Source: a bacterium (lineage in GTDB: Bacteria > JADJOY01). From it: a stretch of DNA of 64,000 bases. The notes below the pieces were generated by a model. The model ran no database searches and had not been told where the DNA came from. It saw only the letters and a program-made list of their open reading frames with translations. The translations under genes and the position numbers were made by a program. Positions 23,780 to 34,524 of the stretch are shown here, piece after piece. The DNA is taken from assembly GCA_046331705.1 (NCBI GenBank), contig JAXLQJ010000010.1, positions 124,001 to 188,000 on the forward strand, given 5' to 3'. The first letter of the stretch is position 1, and the number at the start of each line of letters is the position of its first letter.

Positions 23780-25384
23780 TCAGCTGGATCGGAGCTCGCC
23801 CCTCTCCCAGCGCTCGCGCAGCACGAACTTCTGGATCTTGCCCGAGCCGGTGAGCGGGAAGGCGTCCACGAAGACCCAGTAGCGCGGCGTCTTGGGCGCG
23901 GCGAGGCGCTCGCGCACGTGAGCGCGCAGCGACTCGATCGAGGGCGCGACGGCGGTGGCGGGGCGGACGAAGGCCACCAGCTCCTCGCCCATCTTGGGAT
24001 CGGGGACGCCGATCACCGCGACCTCGGCCACCTCCGGGTGCTCCTGGATCGTCGCCTCGATCTCCGCGGGAAAGAGGTTCTCGCCGCCGCGGATCACCAT
24101 GTCCTTGAGCCGCCCGGTGATGCGGCAATAGCCGCGCTCGTCCATGGTCGCGAGGTCGCCGGTGTTGAGCCAGCCCTCGGCATCGATGGCGGCGGCGCTC
24201 GCGTCCGGCTTCTCGAAGTACTCGTGCATGACCAGGTAGCCGCGCGTGCAGAGCTCGCCCACCACGCCCGGCGCGACGATCTCGCGCGTCATCGGGTCGA
24301 CGATCTTGACCTCGGTGCACGGCAGCGGCGGCCCCACGGTCTCCGCCTTGTCCACCGCGGAATCGTCGAGGCGCGTCTGAGTGATCACCGGCGAGGATTC
24401 GGTCTGGCCGTAGACGATCGCGAAGCTCACCCCGAGCCGCGATTCGATGGAGCGCACCAGCTCGGGTGCCACGCTGGCACCGCCCGAGACGACCACGCGC
24501 AAGGAGCCGAGATCGCGGGTGGAGAAGCTCGCGTGCTCCATCATCGCGATGAGCATGGTCGGCACGCCGAGGAAATGGGTGGCGCGCTCGCGCTCCACGA
24601 GCTCGAGGGCGCGGGCTGGATCGAATGCCGGCAGGAACGCGTGCGCGGCACCCACCTGCAGCGGCCCGAGCGCCGAGAGCACGCAGCCGGCGGTGTGAAA
24701 GAACGGCATGGCGTGCGCGTAGACGTCGTGGGCGCGAGCATCGAGGCGGCGGATGCACAGCCGTGCGTTGTTGGTGAGGCCGCGATGGTGCAGCAAGGCG
24801 CCCTTGGGGAAGCCCGTGGTGCCCGAGGTGTATTGGATCTGCGCCGGCATGTCGGGAGTCACGGTGGGAAGCGCGCGCGCCGGACCCGCGCTCGCGAGTA
24901 GCTCGTCCCAGCGCTCGATCTCCATCACGCGGCGCAGCTCGGGCAGCGAGGGGCAGACCTCGCGAACCGTCTCGGCCATCGGGTTGCCGCGGAACTCGGC
25001 GACGTGGAAGAGCCCCGCGGACCGCGACTGCCGCAGCACGTACTCGAGCTCGCGGGCGCGGTAGGCCGGATTCACCGTCACGATCACGATCCCGGCGAGC
25101 CCCGCTCCCAGCTCGAGCAGGAACCACTCGGGGAGGTTGGGGGCCCAGATCGCGATCCGCTCGCCGGGCTCGAAGTGGGTCAGCAGCGCCTGCGCCACGC
25201 GCTCCGCGTCGCGCGCCAGCTCGGCGAAGGTCCACGTCCGTCGCGTGCCGGGCTCGAGCCCCCACGCGATCAGCGCGGTGTGGTCGGGGGTGGCGTCGCG
25301 CGCGTGGCCGAGCACCGAGCCGACGGTGGTCTCGAGGATCGGCTCGGAGGTGTCGGCGGGGCGGTGCGATCGCGCAAGTGCCAT
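23780..25384 (-). CDS. Acyl-CoA synthetase (AMP-binding)
   Basis: QYTSGTTGFPKG, YGQTE, TGDLA, GRLKDMVIRGGEN, TGSGKIQKF. Confidence 0.92.
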   Translation of the reverse strand: MALARSHRPADTSEPILETTVGSVLGHARDATPDHTALIAWGLEPGTRRTWTFAELARDAERVAQALLTHFEPGERIAIWAPNLPEWFLLELGAGLAGIVIVTVNPAYRARELEYVLRQSRSAGLFHVAEFRGNPMAETVREVCPSLPELRRVMEIERWDELLASAGPARALPTVTPDMPAQIQYTSGTTGFPKGALLHHRGLTNNARLCIRRLDARAHDVYAHAMPFFHTAGCVLSALGPLQVGAAHAFLPAFDPARALELVERERATHFLGVPTMLIAMMEHASFSTRDLGSLRVVVSGGASVAPELVRSIESRLGVSFAIVYGQTESSPVITQTRLDDSAVDKAETVGPPLPCTEVKIVDPMTREIVAPGVVGELCTRGYLVMHEYFEKPDASAAAIDAEGWLNTGDLATMDERGYCRITGRLKDMVIRGGENLFPAEIEATIQEHPEVAEVAVIGVPDPKMGEELVAFVRPATAVAPSIESLRAHVRERLAAPKTPRYWVFVDAFPLTGSGKIQKFVLRERWERGELRSS

Positions 25385-25448
25385 CGGGTTTCTCCGCGCG
25401 CCGGCGACGGGCCGCGCGCCCCGCGACGGGGGCGCGGCGCGAATCGGC

Positions 25449-26885
25449 TCAGGCGCCGCGCTTCGAGGAGGCCGCGCGCTTCGGGCGTCGGGTGGACGCC
25501 TTGGGCTTGGTCGCGGCCGTTTCCGTGGAAGCCGTGGCATCGCTCGGTGCCGAGCCGGGGCCGAGGCCCGCTAGCGAACGAAGCCGCCGGTTCACGTCAC
25601 CGAGCAAGCGCCCGGGCAAGCGCCGCAGGCTCAGGCTCGACGCGAACTTCTTGAGCTCGTCGAGATCGGGAAGCACGCGCGGAGTGGGCAGGGCGCCGCG
25701 CACCGTGACCGGGATCGTGAAGATCGGCGGTCCCATGATGCGTTCCACGCCGATCCATTCGAGCAGGCTGGCTTCGATGCGAACCGAGCCCTTCAGGTCG
25801 AGCTCGCCGGTGGCGAGGCTCATCGTGCCCGTCACGTGCACGGTCATCCCGAAGGCCTCGATGTGGCCGGTGTGAAGCTGGACGCGTCCGGGGCGAAGCT
25901 CACCCTCGAAACGCAAACGCTCGAAGCGGGTGCCCAGCGCATCCAGCTCGATGAGCTTGCGGAAGGGCGACAGCACTCCCGAGACCATGCCCGGGACGAG
26001 CGGCGAGAGCACCTCCGCGAGGAGCTGCACCGTGTGCAGGCGACCCTTCTCGAGGCCGAGGCGGAACGAGCCCCGCCCGCCGCTCTTCCAGCCGCTGCGG
26101 GTGGGGAAGGTGACGTCGAGCTCCGCGTCGAGCGCGCCGGAGACGATCGCCGGCAAGCCGCCGAGCTCGAAGAAAGGCGCCGGATCCGGGGCCTTGAGCG
26201 TGCCACTCACCCGCGTGCCGGGGTGCGTGGGACCGGGGCCTTCGATGGAACCGTGAAACACGCCGCCGGCGGTGCGAAACGAGATGGGCGCGAGCGACAC
26301 CGCGCCGCGCTCGATCGCGAGATCGCCTGCGATCGTGTCCACGGTGCGCCGCCGGAAATGGACGCGCCGCAGATCGAGGTGAACCGAGACGTCCGGCCAG
26401 GCGTGCTTGCGGCGTGCCTTGCCGCGGCTCGTGGCGCCACCCGGACGGCGCGTCATCACCGCGCGCACCGGCTGCAGGCGGTCGAGGAAATCGTCGAGGT
26501 CGAGGGGATCCGCGTGCACCTGCAGCGCGGCCTTCATCCCGTGGTTCTCGGGCTCGATGGTGCCGTCGAAGGTGAGCCGCGAGCGCGGGAACGAGACCAC
26601 CAGGCCCGCGACACGCACCCCGGCGCGCTCGACCCGCACCAGGCCGCCGCGCACGTCGCCGCGCAGCCCCGCGCGACCCGTGCCCGCGGGCTTGTCGGTG
26701 GTGCTGATCTCGAGGGCGGTGCCACCCCCCGTGACCGTGAGCCCGGGCGGCTCGAGGGTGAGCCTGAGGAGCGGGCGGTCCTCGCCGGCGCGACCGCGCC
26801 CGGCCAGCACCCGCACGCCGCGCTTCGCGCCGTGCCCGGCTTTCGAGCTTCGCGCGCTGCGACGACTCGGGCGATCGGTGGGCAT
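25449..26885 (-). CDS. AsmA-like C-terminal domain protein
   Basis: Beta-rich sequence, LDLDDFL, GTMSLATGELDLKG, IPVTVRGALPTPRV; start uncertain. Confidence 0.5.
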   Translation of the reverse strand: MPTDRPSRRSARSSKAGHGAKRGVRVLAGRGRAGEDRPLLRLTLEPPGLTVTGGGTALEISTTDKPAGTGRAGLRGDVRGGLVRVERAGVRVAGLVVSFPRSRLTFDGTIEPENHGMKAALQVHADPLDLDDFLDRLQPVRAVMTRRPGGATSRGKARRKHAWPDVSVHLDLRRVHFRRRTVDTIAGDLAIERGAVSLAPISFRTAGGVFHGSIEGPGPTHPGTRVSGTLKAPDPAPFFELGGLPAIVSGALDAELDVTFPTRSGWKSGGRGSFRLGLEKGRLHTVQLLAEVLSPLVPGMVSGVLSPFRKLIELDALGTRFERLRFEGELRPGRVQLHTGHIEAFGMTVHVTGTMSLATGELDLKGSVRIEASLLEWIGVERIMGPPIFTIPVTVRGALPTPRVLPDLDELKKFASSLSLRRLPGRLLGDVNRRLRSLAGLGPGSAPSDATASTETAATKPKASTRRPKRAASSKRGA

Positions 26886-26922
26886 CGGGTCGTGTGCGGT
26901 CGGTCGCTCGGGGTGCGCGGGC

Positions 26923-28641
26923 TCAGCCGCTGGCGCGCAGGACCAGCCCCGTCATCGGCGGCACCGTGATCGTCCCCGACACGGGCTGCCACGAGAGCGA
27001 TCCCGCCGCCGGCCACGCACCGCCGCCGCTCAGGACCAGCTTCTCGCGCCGCGTCGCGTCGACCACGTAGGGCAGGCTCACGGTGTCCTCGGGATTGACG
27101 AGCACGCGTCCGCCGCTGAAGTCGCGCTGCAGCAATCCGCTCGTGGTCAGCACGTACTCGCTCTGGGGTGCGCCGATGTCGAGGTCGTCCTCGGGCCATT
27201 GTTGCACGTCCGAGTCGACTTCGGGGCTGGAAAAGAAATGCAGCGCGTTGTCGTTGGCGACCAGCATGTAGCAGGCGAGCGAGAAGGTGCGCCGCGCGAT
27301 GTCGGTGGGTGCGGCGTAGTCGAGCGCCACCGCGTGCTTGCCGCCGCGCACGACGCTCGCGAAGTCGGCGAGCTGTTGGAGCAACCGCGGCTTGTCGAAG
27401 AGGCCGGCCCGGACCTTGTAGCTGAAACCCTCGAAGAACATGCCGTCGGCCATCGGCAGCAGCTCGACGCCCCGGAACCCGGGCGTTTCCCAGCCAGCGT
27501 AGGTGTTGAAGAAGACCGTCTTGCCCGGGTACTCGCTGCGCGCGGAGGAGAGCAGCGAGTAGAGGCCGTCGTAGTAGGCCGTCTCGTCGTAGCCCACGGG
27601 CGGCTCGGTGACGAGATCCTCGAAGTCGGAGGTGATGGTGGTGGTGTTGTCGAAGTAGAGGCCGTCGTAATAGGCCATCTGCGGGCCGAGCACGCTCTTC
27701 TGGAGCGCCCACCACTTCGCGCGCTTGGTCGGGTCCTGGATGTTGATGTAGTACCAGCCGTTGGTGGTGTTGCGAACGTAGTTCCCGCTCGCGGCCTTCC
27801 AGAGCAGGTTCTGCGCCACCGCTTGCGCCCATTGCGGATCACCGGAGGGCGGTCGCGTCTCGGGGCCGTGCACGCCGGCGATCTTGATGTAGTAGAGCGC
27901 GGTGAGGTTCGGGTTCGCCTGACGCAGCTCGTCGAGCTTGTTCGGCCCCACGCCGATCACGTGCAGGTCGTGGGCGGCGACGAAATCGACCTCTTGGGAG
28001 TCGTCGCGCGAGTACGAGCCCTGGAAGACCTTGCGCAGCCCGCCGGTGGGCGCGGGTGGGACGGCACCGCTACCCGAGATGCCGAGCGCCAGGAAGTCGA
28101 GCTTGCTCGAATCGAGCGTCGAGGTCGTCGCGTAGCGGAGCTGGATGGCGCCGTTCCCGGCGACGAAGCGCACCACGTCCGCGGTGACGTTGGTCTGCAG
28201 CGTGGTCCACACGCCGTTCTGCGTCACCGCGCCGTTGTCGCCGACCGTCACCCATTGCTGGGTGGTGGTGTCGAGGAGGTCGAAGGTCCAGCGCTGGGCG
28301 CTCGCGGGCTGGCCCTTGTAGTTCGCGCCGACGTAGAGCGCGCCCACCGTGTTGCGCGGGACGCTGCCGGGAAGCTGGAACGTGAAGACGCCTTGATAGC
28401 CGCCATTGCCCGGGTAGAACGCGAGATACCGGCCCCAGTCGTTGGCGGTCCCGGACTCGTCGAGCGTCGAGAGCGCGCTCAGCGGCTGACCGTTGTCGGT
28501 ACCGAGGACGGACTGGAAAGCCGTGGCGAAGAGCGTGTTGACCTGGCACGAGGCCGCGACACCGAGGACGACGAGCGCTAACGGCCAGGCGCCCGAGCCC
28601 ACCGGTGCCACGCGCCGTGCCGCGGCGCGTGCGTACCGCAT
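26923..28641 (-). CDS. Secreted putative glycoside hydrolase (GHL15-like TIM barrel) with N-terminal beta domain
   Basis: Signal/lipobox AASC; LRQANPNLTALYY, YDGLYFDN, DGMFFEGF, QRDFSGGRVLVNP. Confidence 0.6.
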   Translation of the reverse strand: MRYARAAARRVAPVGSGAWPLALVVLGVAASCQVNTLFATAFQSVLGTDNGQPLSALSTLDESGTANDWGRYLAFYPGNGGYQGVFTFQLPGSVPRNTVGALYVGANYKGQPASAQRWTFDLLDTTTQQWVTVGDNGAVTQNGVWTTLQTNVTADVVRFVAGNGAIQLRYATTSTLDSSKLDFLALGISGSGAVPPAPTGGLRKVFQGSYSRDDSQEVDFVAAHDLHVIGVGPNKLDELRQANPNLTALYYIKIAGVHGPETRPPSGDPQWAQAVAQNLLWKAASGNYVRNTTNGWYYINIQDPTKRAKWWALQKSVLGPQMAYYDGLYFDNTTTITSDFEDLVTEPPVGYDETAYYDGLYSLLSSARSEYPGKTVFFNTYAGWETPGFRGVELLPMADGMFFEGFSYKVRAGLFDKPRLLQQLADFASVVRGGKHAVALDYAAPTDIARRTFSLACYMLVANDNALHFFSSPEVDSDVQQWPEDDLDIGAPQSEYVLTTSGLLQRDFSGGRVLVNPEDTVSLPYVVDATRREKLVLSGGGAWPAAGSLSWQPVSGTITVPPMTGLVLRASG

Positions 28642-28728
28642 GATTCCCCCCAAGAGCCCCGCGCCAGGCATTGCCCGCCGCGAGGTGAAATCCCTCGACT
28701 GCCGAGACCCGTGTCGCTCACGCGCGGC

Positions 28729-29772
28729 TCAGAACTTGTAGCCGAGGCCCACGTAGTAGGTCTCGTCGTCCTTCTGCCGATCGGGCTCGGGCTTGTTGTC
28801 GTACTCGAGGATCATCCCGAGCTTGGCCTTCCACCCGGCGACGATCTCGGAGCCCAGCGCCGCGTCGTTGCGGAGCTGCCAATCGTTCGTTTCCTCGAAG
28901 TTCGGCACGTAGACCACGCTGTCCGTGAGCTCGAGGCCGAGCGGAAGGCTCACGCGCGCATCGGCCGCCGCGCGACCGGCGACGTGGTTCTCGTCCGCCG
29001 TGACCTTGAAGTCGTTCCGCACGTACGCGGCGCCGGCCTCCGCCGAGAGATCGATCCAGTCCTGTTCCAGGATCGTGACGCCGAGACCGCCCGAGAGAAT
29101 GGTGTTGAGGTCGATGTCCTTGAAGCGGTCCTGCATGAACTCGGCGCTCACGTACGCGAAGATCGGCCCCGCGATGTCGTGGCGATAGCGACCCAGCGTG
29201 TACCAGCTCGCCTCACTCACCGAGGTCTGGTTCTCGCCGTAACGGAAGAGGCCCTTGAGCTTGATCTCGTTCACCTCGGTGGTGCGCAGCACCTCGCCTT
29301 GGAGCAACGCGCCGACCGTGCTCGAGTTGCCCTCGGTGTCGCGGACCGCCACGTCGACGAAGCCGCTCCACGCCGCACCCAGCAAGCGGATCTTGCGGAT
29401 CTTGGCGAGCTCGAGCTGCGTGGCGGCGCCGGAGGCTGGCTGGATCGTCAGCGTGCCTTCGGGACCGGTCTTGATCGTGCCCTCGTAGCGCGTGTCGTCG
29501 AGGGTCCAGACGGCGGCGGGCCGATCGCACTCGAGCCCGGTCACCAGCGTCCAGTCGACGTCGATCGCGCCCGCGTAGTCGGTGTCGATGTGGAGCTTCT
29601 TCTTGGTCATCGAGCTCAGCGAACCGCTGACCTTGTCGCCGCCCTTCAGCGTGACCACCTCGGCGGCGCGCGCCGCGCTCGCGATGGTCAGCGCCGTCAG
29701 CAGCGCGAGGAGCGTTCGCAGCCCGTGGGCGCCGTTCGCCGGCCCAGTCGCTTCGCTGTGTTGGCTCTTCAT
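28729..29772 (-). CDS. DUF481/YdiY-like outer-membrane beta-barrel
   Basis: Signal peptide; VTLKGGDKVSG; EGNSST; QDRFKDID; terminal YYVGLGYKF. Confidence 0.8.
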   Translation of the reverse strand: MKSQHSEATGPANGAHGLRTLLALLTALTIASAARAAEVVTLKGGDKVSGSLSSMTKKKLHIDTDYAGAIDVDWTLVTGLECDRPAAVWTLDDTRYEGTIKTGPEGTLTIQPASGAATQLELAKIRKIRLLGAAWSGFVDVAVRDTEGNSSTVGALLQGEVLRTTEVNEIKLKGLFRYGENQTSVSEASWYTLGRYRHDIAGPIFAYVSAEFMQDRFKDIDLNTILSGGLGVTILEQDWIDLSAEAGAAYVRNDFKVTADENHVAGRAAADARVSLPLGLELTDSVVYVPNFEETNDWQLRNDAALGSEIVAGWKAKLGMILEYDNKPEPDRQKDDETYYVGLGYKF

Positions 29773-29869
29773 GTCCCCCCCGGGATGACCCAACCTGAGT
29801 TGCACCGAAAGCTCTCGCGAGGGGAGCGCCTCGATCGGCAGCTTCCCTGACCGCCCGCGGGCGGAACCG

Positions 29870-30034
29870 CTAGAAAAGCGTGTAGATGAACGGCGCCGAC
29901 GCCTGACCCACGACCACCACGAGCCCGAGCAGCAACAGCGTTCCCAGGAGCGGCACGGGCCACCACACCCGGTTCACCAGCGAGTAGCGAGTGACCTCAC
30001 CGAGCAGGAGGCCGAGGTGCTTGAGCCGACGCAT
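29870..30034 (-). CDS. Small membrane protein, DUF5989-like (54 aa), missed by the ORF track
   Basis: MRRLKHLGLLLGEVTRYSLVNRVWWPVPLLGTLLLLGLVVVVGQASAPFIYTLF; the WW-P...APFIYTLF pattern is typical downstream of carbamoyltransferases. Confidence 0.8.
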   Translation of the reverse strand: MRRLKHLGLLLGEVTRYSLVNRVWWPVPLLGTLLLLGLVVVVGQASAPFIYTLF

Positions 30035-30233
30035 GAGCGGGATCGTCGAAGCGCGTGGTCCGCGACGGGCGGCGCCACCCTAGCCCGCACCCCTGGTGCT
30101 GTCCAGCCGTTCCCGAGTCCGATCGAGCCTCGGATCGGACGGCGATCTGCGAGCGCGGCAAGTCGCCTCGCTGGGCGGCGTCGGCGCCACGTGGCCGCGG
30201 CGCGCGCAGGGCTCGAAGAGCCCCCGCGGAAGC

Positions 30234-32063
30234 TCAATCCAGGACGAACTCGTTTCGCCAGTCCGTGCCGTCCTCGAATTTCGGCTGATCGGCCTTGCGC
30301 AGGATGAAGTTCTCGAGGACGAGCGCGTCCATCTCCGTGCGCATGAAGCAGCGGTAGGCGTCCTCGGGAGTGCAAACGATCGGCTCGCCGCGCACGTTGA
30401 ACGACGTGTTGATGATCACGCCGCAGCCGGTTCGTTCCTCGAACGCCCGGATGAGCGCGTGGTAGCGCGGACTGCGATCGGCCGACACCGACTGGACGCG
30501 CGCCGAGTAGTCGACGTGAGTGATGGCGGGAACGCTCGAGCGCTCCTCGTTCACCCACTCCATGATGTCCTTGTCCGGGTGCTGGTCGACCGGCCGGCAG
30601 ATCTCCTTCCTCACCGGAGCGACCAGCAGCATGTAGGGCGATTCCGCGTCCAGCTCGAAGTAGTCGGAGGTGCGCTCGGCGAGCACCGACGGCGCGAAGG
30701 GGCGGAACGACTCGCGGTACTTGATCTTCAGGTTCATCACCGACTGCATCTTGGGTGAGCGTGCATCGCCGACGATCGAGCGGTGGCCGAGCGCCCGCGG
30801 ACCGAATTCCATCCGCCCGTTCACCAACCCCACGACCTTCTGATCGGCGATGAGCTCGGCGACGGCGTTGGGCCAGTCGGCGTCCGAGACACGCTCCGCC
30901 GGATAGCCGTTGGCCTCGAGGTACTTGGCGATCTCGTCGTTGCCGAACGAGGGGCCGAGGTACGAGCCCTTCATCGCATCGTGGACGCCGTCGGCGGTGC
31001 GCGGCTTGTCGTAGAGCTGGTGCCACGCGAAGAGCGCCGCGCCGAGCGCGCCGCCCGCGTCGCCCGCGGCAGGCTGGATCCAGATCTTCTCGAACGGTCC
31101 CTCGCGCAGCAGCCGGCCGTTGGCGACGCAATTGAGCGCGACACCGCCGGCGAGGCAGAGATTCTTCTCGCCGAGCTCGCGGTGCGCGTGGCGCGCGACC
31201 CGCAGGACGACCTCCTCGGTCACTTCCTGGATGGACTTGGCGATGTCCATCTCGCGGCGGGTGATCGGCGTCTCGGGCTTGCGCGCCGGCCCGTCGAAGA
31301 GCTCGCCGAAGCGCTCGTTGGTCATGGTGAGGCCGCCCAGATAGTCGAAATAGCGCTGGTTCATCCGGAACGAGCCGTCCTCGCGCAGGTCGAGGAGGTG
31401 GTCCAGGATGGTCTGCGTGTAACGGCCCTGGCCGTAGGGCGCGAGCCCCATGAGCTTGTACTCGCCCGAGTTCACCTTGAACCCGGTGAAATACGTGAAC
31501 GCCGAGTAGAGCAGGCCGAGCGAGTGGGGGAAGCGGCTCTCGCTCACGATGCGGATGTGGTTGCCCGCGCCTTGGGCCATCGTCGTCGTGGCCCACTCGC
31601 CGACTCCGTCCATGGTGAGGATCGCGGCGCGCTCGAACGGCGAGGGAAAGAACGCGCTCGCCGCGTGCGATTCGTGGTGCTCGGTGAAGAGCAGCGTCTC
31701 GGGCATGCGCACGCCGATGCTCGCGAGCGAACGCTCGATCTCGTACGGGATCCAGAGCTTCTGCCGCATCCACAGCGGGAACGCCTTGCGGAACGACGCG
31801 AAGCCGTGCGGCGCGGTGTGAAGGTAGGTCTTCACGATCCGGAAGAACTTGGTGAGCGGCTTGTCGTAGAAGACCACCGCGTCGAGCGCGTTCGCCGCGA
31901 CACCGCCCTCGGCGAGGCAATAGCGAGTCGCCAGCAGCGGGAACTCGTGGTCGTGCTTCTTGCGGGTGAAGCGTTCTTCCTGGGCCGCGGCGACGATCTC
32001 CCCGTCGCGCACCAGGCAGGCCGCCGAGTCGTGGTAGTAGGCGCTGATCCCGAGGATGTTCAT
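30234..32063 (-). CDS. Carbamoyltransferase (NodU/CmcH family)
   Basis: ILGISAYYHDSAACL, EHHESHAASAF, EYKLMGLAPYG, GGVALNCVANG, EFGPRALG, INTSFNVRGEPIV. Confidence 0.93.
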   Translation of the reverse strand: MNILGISAYYHDSAACLVRDGEIVAAAQEERFTRKKHDHEFPLLATRYCLAEGGVAANALDAVVFYDKPLTKFFRIVKTYLHTAPHGFASFRKAFPLWMRQKLWIPYEIERSLASIGVRMPETLLFTEHHESHAASAFFPSPFERAAILTMDGVGEWATTTMAQGAGNHIRIVSESRFPHSLGLLYSAFTYFTGFKVNSGEYKLMGLAPYGQGRYTQTILDHLLDLREDGSFRMNQRYFDYLGGLTMTNERFGELFDGPARKPETPITRREMDIAKSIQEVTEEVVLRVARHAHRELGEKNLCLAGGVALNCVANGRLLREGPFEKIWIQPAAGDAGGALGAALFAWHQLYDKPRTADGVHDAMKGSYLGPSFGNDEIAKYLEANGYPAERVSDADWPNAVAELIADQKVVGLVNGRMEFGPRALGHRSIVGDARSPKMQSVMNLKIKYRESFRPFAPSVLAERTSDYFELDAESPYMLLVAPVRKEICRPVDQHPDKDIMEWVNEERSSVPAITHVDYSARVQSVSADRSPRYHALIRAFEERTGCGVIINTSFNVRGEPIVCTPEDAYRCFMRTEMDALVLENFILRKADQPKFEDGTDWRNEFVLD

Positions 32064-32269
32064 GCGGCTAGTAAACCCAGGGCGCGCCGCGCCCGCCAAC
32101 CCCGGCCCGAGCGCGCGCACGACGACGCCGTCGAGCGGCCCGAGCCAGCCGTTGACATCCGCTCGGGTACGCGGTCAGGTGCGTGCCAGACGTTGCGCGG
32201 GCCACGCGCGGTGAACCTTTCCGTCGCCCACCGCGCTTCCCCGGTGCGGGGTGAGTGGAAGGAGGCTCG

Positions 32270-33847
32270 ATGAGGACTTCTCGCGAGGCGATTCTCGGTC
32301 GAAGCGTGCGCTTGGCGGGGCTTCTCGCCTGGGTGCTCACGGCGCTTGCGCTCGGTGTGGCGCAGGCGGCCGACGAGCGCGCGGTGGCGCTCACGATCTA
32401 TTCGAGCGCCGAGCCCGGCGCCGTGCCGCCCGAGCTCTATCGGCCCCTGCCCGAGACCCCGGGCTATCCGGGCGCCTACTCGGGCCAGCAGGTCCCGGGT
32501 TTCGCGTTGGTGCGTGACGAGCGCGCCTTCGCGGTCGAGGGCGCCAAGCCCACGGTGCGCTTCACCGACGTGGCGGCGCGCATCGACCCCACCACGGTCT
32601 CGTTCACGTCGCTCGGCGATCCCGGCACGCGCGTGCTGGAGCAGAGCTATCAATTCGATCTGGTGAGCAGCCAGAAGCTCCTCGAGCGCTACATCGATCG
32701 CGAGATCACGGTGGATCAGCAGCGCGGCGACGCCGTCGCCAGCACCACCGGCACGCTGCTCTCCACCGTGGGCGGGTTGGTCCTCAAGGGCGCCGACGGT
32801 GGCATCCAGGTCTTGAACGGCTACGCGAACCTGCGCTTCCCCGAGCTGCCCGGCGGGCTCATCACCCGGCCCACGCTCGTCTGGTTGCTCTCCACCGAGA
32901 AGCCCGGAGCGCAACGCGCACGCGTGACGTACGAGACCGACGGCATCGCCTGGTGGGCGGACTACAACCTCGTGTTCGCCGAGGGCGAGAACGCCAACGC
33001 CGGCAAGCTCGACGTGGGCGCGTGGGTGAGCATCTTGAACCAATCCGGCGCGGGCTACGACGACGCGCGGCTCAAGCTCATGGCCGGCGACGTCCACCGC
33101 GCGCCGCGGCCCCAGGGGCGCGTGTACGCGGGCAAGGCCATGCGCGCCGAGCTGGCGATGGCCGACGAGAGCCAGGGATTCACCGAGAAGGAGTTCTTCG
33201 AATACCACCTCTACACGCTCGGCAGGCGCACCACGTTGCCCGACCGCTCCACCAAGCAGATCGAGCTCTTCCCCGTCGCGCGCGGCGTGCCGTGCGAGAA
33301 GCTGCTCGTCTACTACGGCCTCGGCGAGCAATGGCGCGGGTTCTTCCCGAACCCCATGACCGACCGCGGCTTCGGCAGCGACGCCAACACCAAGGTCGAC
33401 GTCTACCTGCGCTTCAAGAACGCCAAGGAGACCGGCCTCGGCATCCCGTTCCCGCGCGGTCGCATCCGGGTCTCGAAGCTCGATACCGCCGACCAGAGCC
33501 TCGAGCTGGTGGGCGAGGACACCATCGACCACACCGCCAAGGACGAGAAGGTGCTGGTCAAGATGGGCACCGCCTTCGACGTGGTGGGCGAGCGCAAGCA
33601 GGTCGATTTCCGCATCGACAACGACCACGACTGGATGGACGAGGACATCGAGATCAAGCTGCGCAACCACAAATCGGAGCCGGTGCAGGTGGTCGTGAAG
33701 GAGAACCTGTTCCGCTGGGTCAACTGGCAGATCACGCAGAAGACCCACGACTTCGAGAAGGTGGACGCGCGCACGGTCCATTTCCCGGTGACGGTGCCGA
33801 AGGACGGCGAGGCCGTCATCCGCTACACGGTTCACTACAGCTGGTGA
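32270..33847 (+). CDS. DUF4139-domain secreted protein
   Basis: Signal peptide; VALTIYS, GFALVRD, FFEYHLYTL, TKQIELF, GTAFDVVGER. Confidence 0.8.
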   Translation: MRTSREAILGRSVRLAGLLAWVLTALALGVAQAADERAVALTIYSSAEPGAVPPELYRPLPETPGYPGAYSGQQVPGFALVRDERAFAVEGAKPTVRFTDVAARIDPTTVSFTSLGDPGTRVLEQSYQFDLVSSQKLLERYIDREITVDQQRGDAVASTTGTLLSTVGGLVLKGADGGIQVLNGYANLRFPELPGGLITRPTLVWLLSTEKPGAQRARVTYETDGIAWWADYNLVFAEGENANAGKLDVGAWVSILNQSGAGYDDARLKLMAGDVHRAPRPQGRVYAGKAMRAELAMADESQGFTEKEFFEYHLYTLGRRTTLPDRSTKQIELFPVARGVPCEKLLVYYGLGEQWRGFFPNPMTDRGFGSDANTKVDVYLRFKNAKETGLGIPFPRGRIRVSKLDTADQSLELVGEDTIDHTAKDEKVLVKMGTAFDVVGERKQVDFRIDNDHDWMDEDIEIKLRNHKSEPVQVVVKENLFRWVNWQITQKTHDFEKVDARTVHFPVTVPKDGEAVIRYTVHYSW

Positions 33848-33873
33848 TCTTCGATCCGCGCACCCGAGCGTCG

Positions 33874-34524
33874 ATGGTCTCGACGGCCGTGACGCACCTG
33901 CATCTGCTGCGCCACGGCGCGGTGGAGTCGCCCACCGAGCGCAGCGTGCGCGGTCAGCTCGACGTACCGCTCGCACCCGAGGGCGAGCGGCAATCGCGCA
34001 TCCTCGCGAGCTGGGTGAAGCGCGTGCTGGTGACGCTCGACCCGCCAGTGAGCGGCGTGCTGTCGAGCGACCTGGTGCGCGCGCGGCGGCTGGGCGAGCT
34101 GGTGGCTCGCGAGCTGGGTGTCGAGCTGGTGGTCGAGCCCGCGCTGCGCGAGCAATCGATGGGCGTGTGGGAAGGTCAGCCGTGGCGGGTGCTGAACGAG
34201 AGCGATCCCGCGGGTGTCGAGGCCTACTGGACGCGTTATCTGGATGCGCGGCCCGGCGGCGGCGAGTCGGTGCGCGATCTGGGCACGCGCGTGACGGCCT
34301 GGTGGGAGGGCGCCCGCCCGCGGCTCGAGAACGGGCGCTGGATCCTCGTCACGCACATCGGCGTGATCCGGGTCTTCCTCTGTCATGCGTTCGGCCTCGA
34401 GCTGAGCGAGAGCCTGCGCTTCACGCCCGAGGTCGCCTCGCACACCTGGCTGATGCTCGCCGAGTCGGGCGCGGTCGTGGGCGCGCTCGGCGAGCGGCCG
34501 TGGCTGGGGCTCCCGCCGCCGTGA
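33874..34524 (+). CDS. Histidine phosphatase family protein
   Basis: LLRHG, SSDLVRA, LREQSMGVWEG, GGES, VTHIGVIR. Confidence 0.85.
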   Translation: MVSTAVTHLHLLRHGAVESPTERSVRGQLDVPLAPEGERQSRILASWVKRVLVTLDPPVSGVLSSDLVRARRLGELVARELGVELVVEPALREQSMGVWEGQPWRVLNESDPAGVEAYWTRYLDARPGGGESVRDLGTRVTAWWEGARPRLENGRWILVTHIGVIRVFLCHAFGLELSESLRFTPEVASHTWLMLAESGAVVGALGERPWLGLPPP

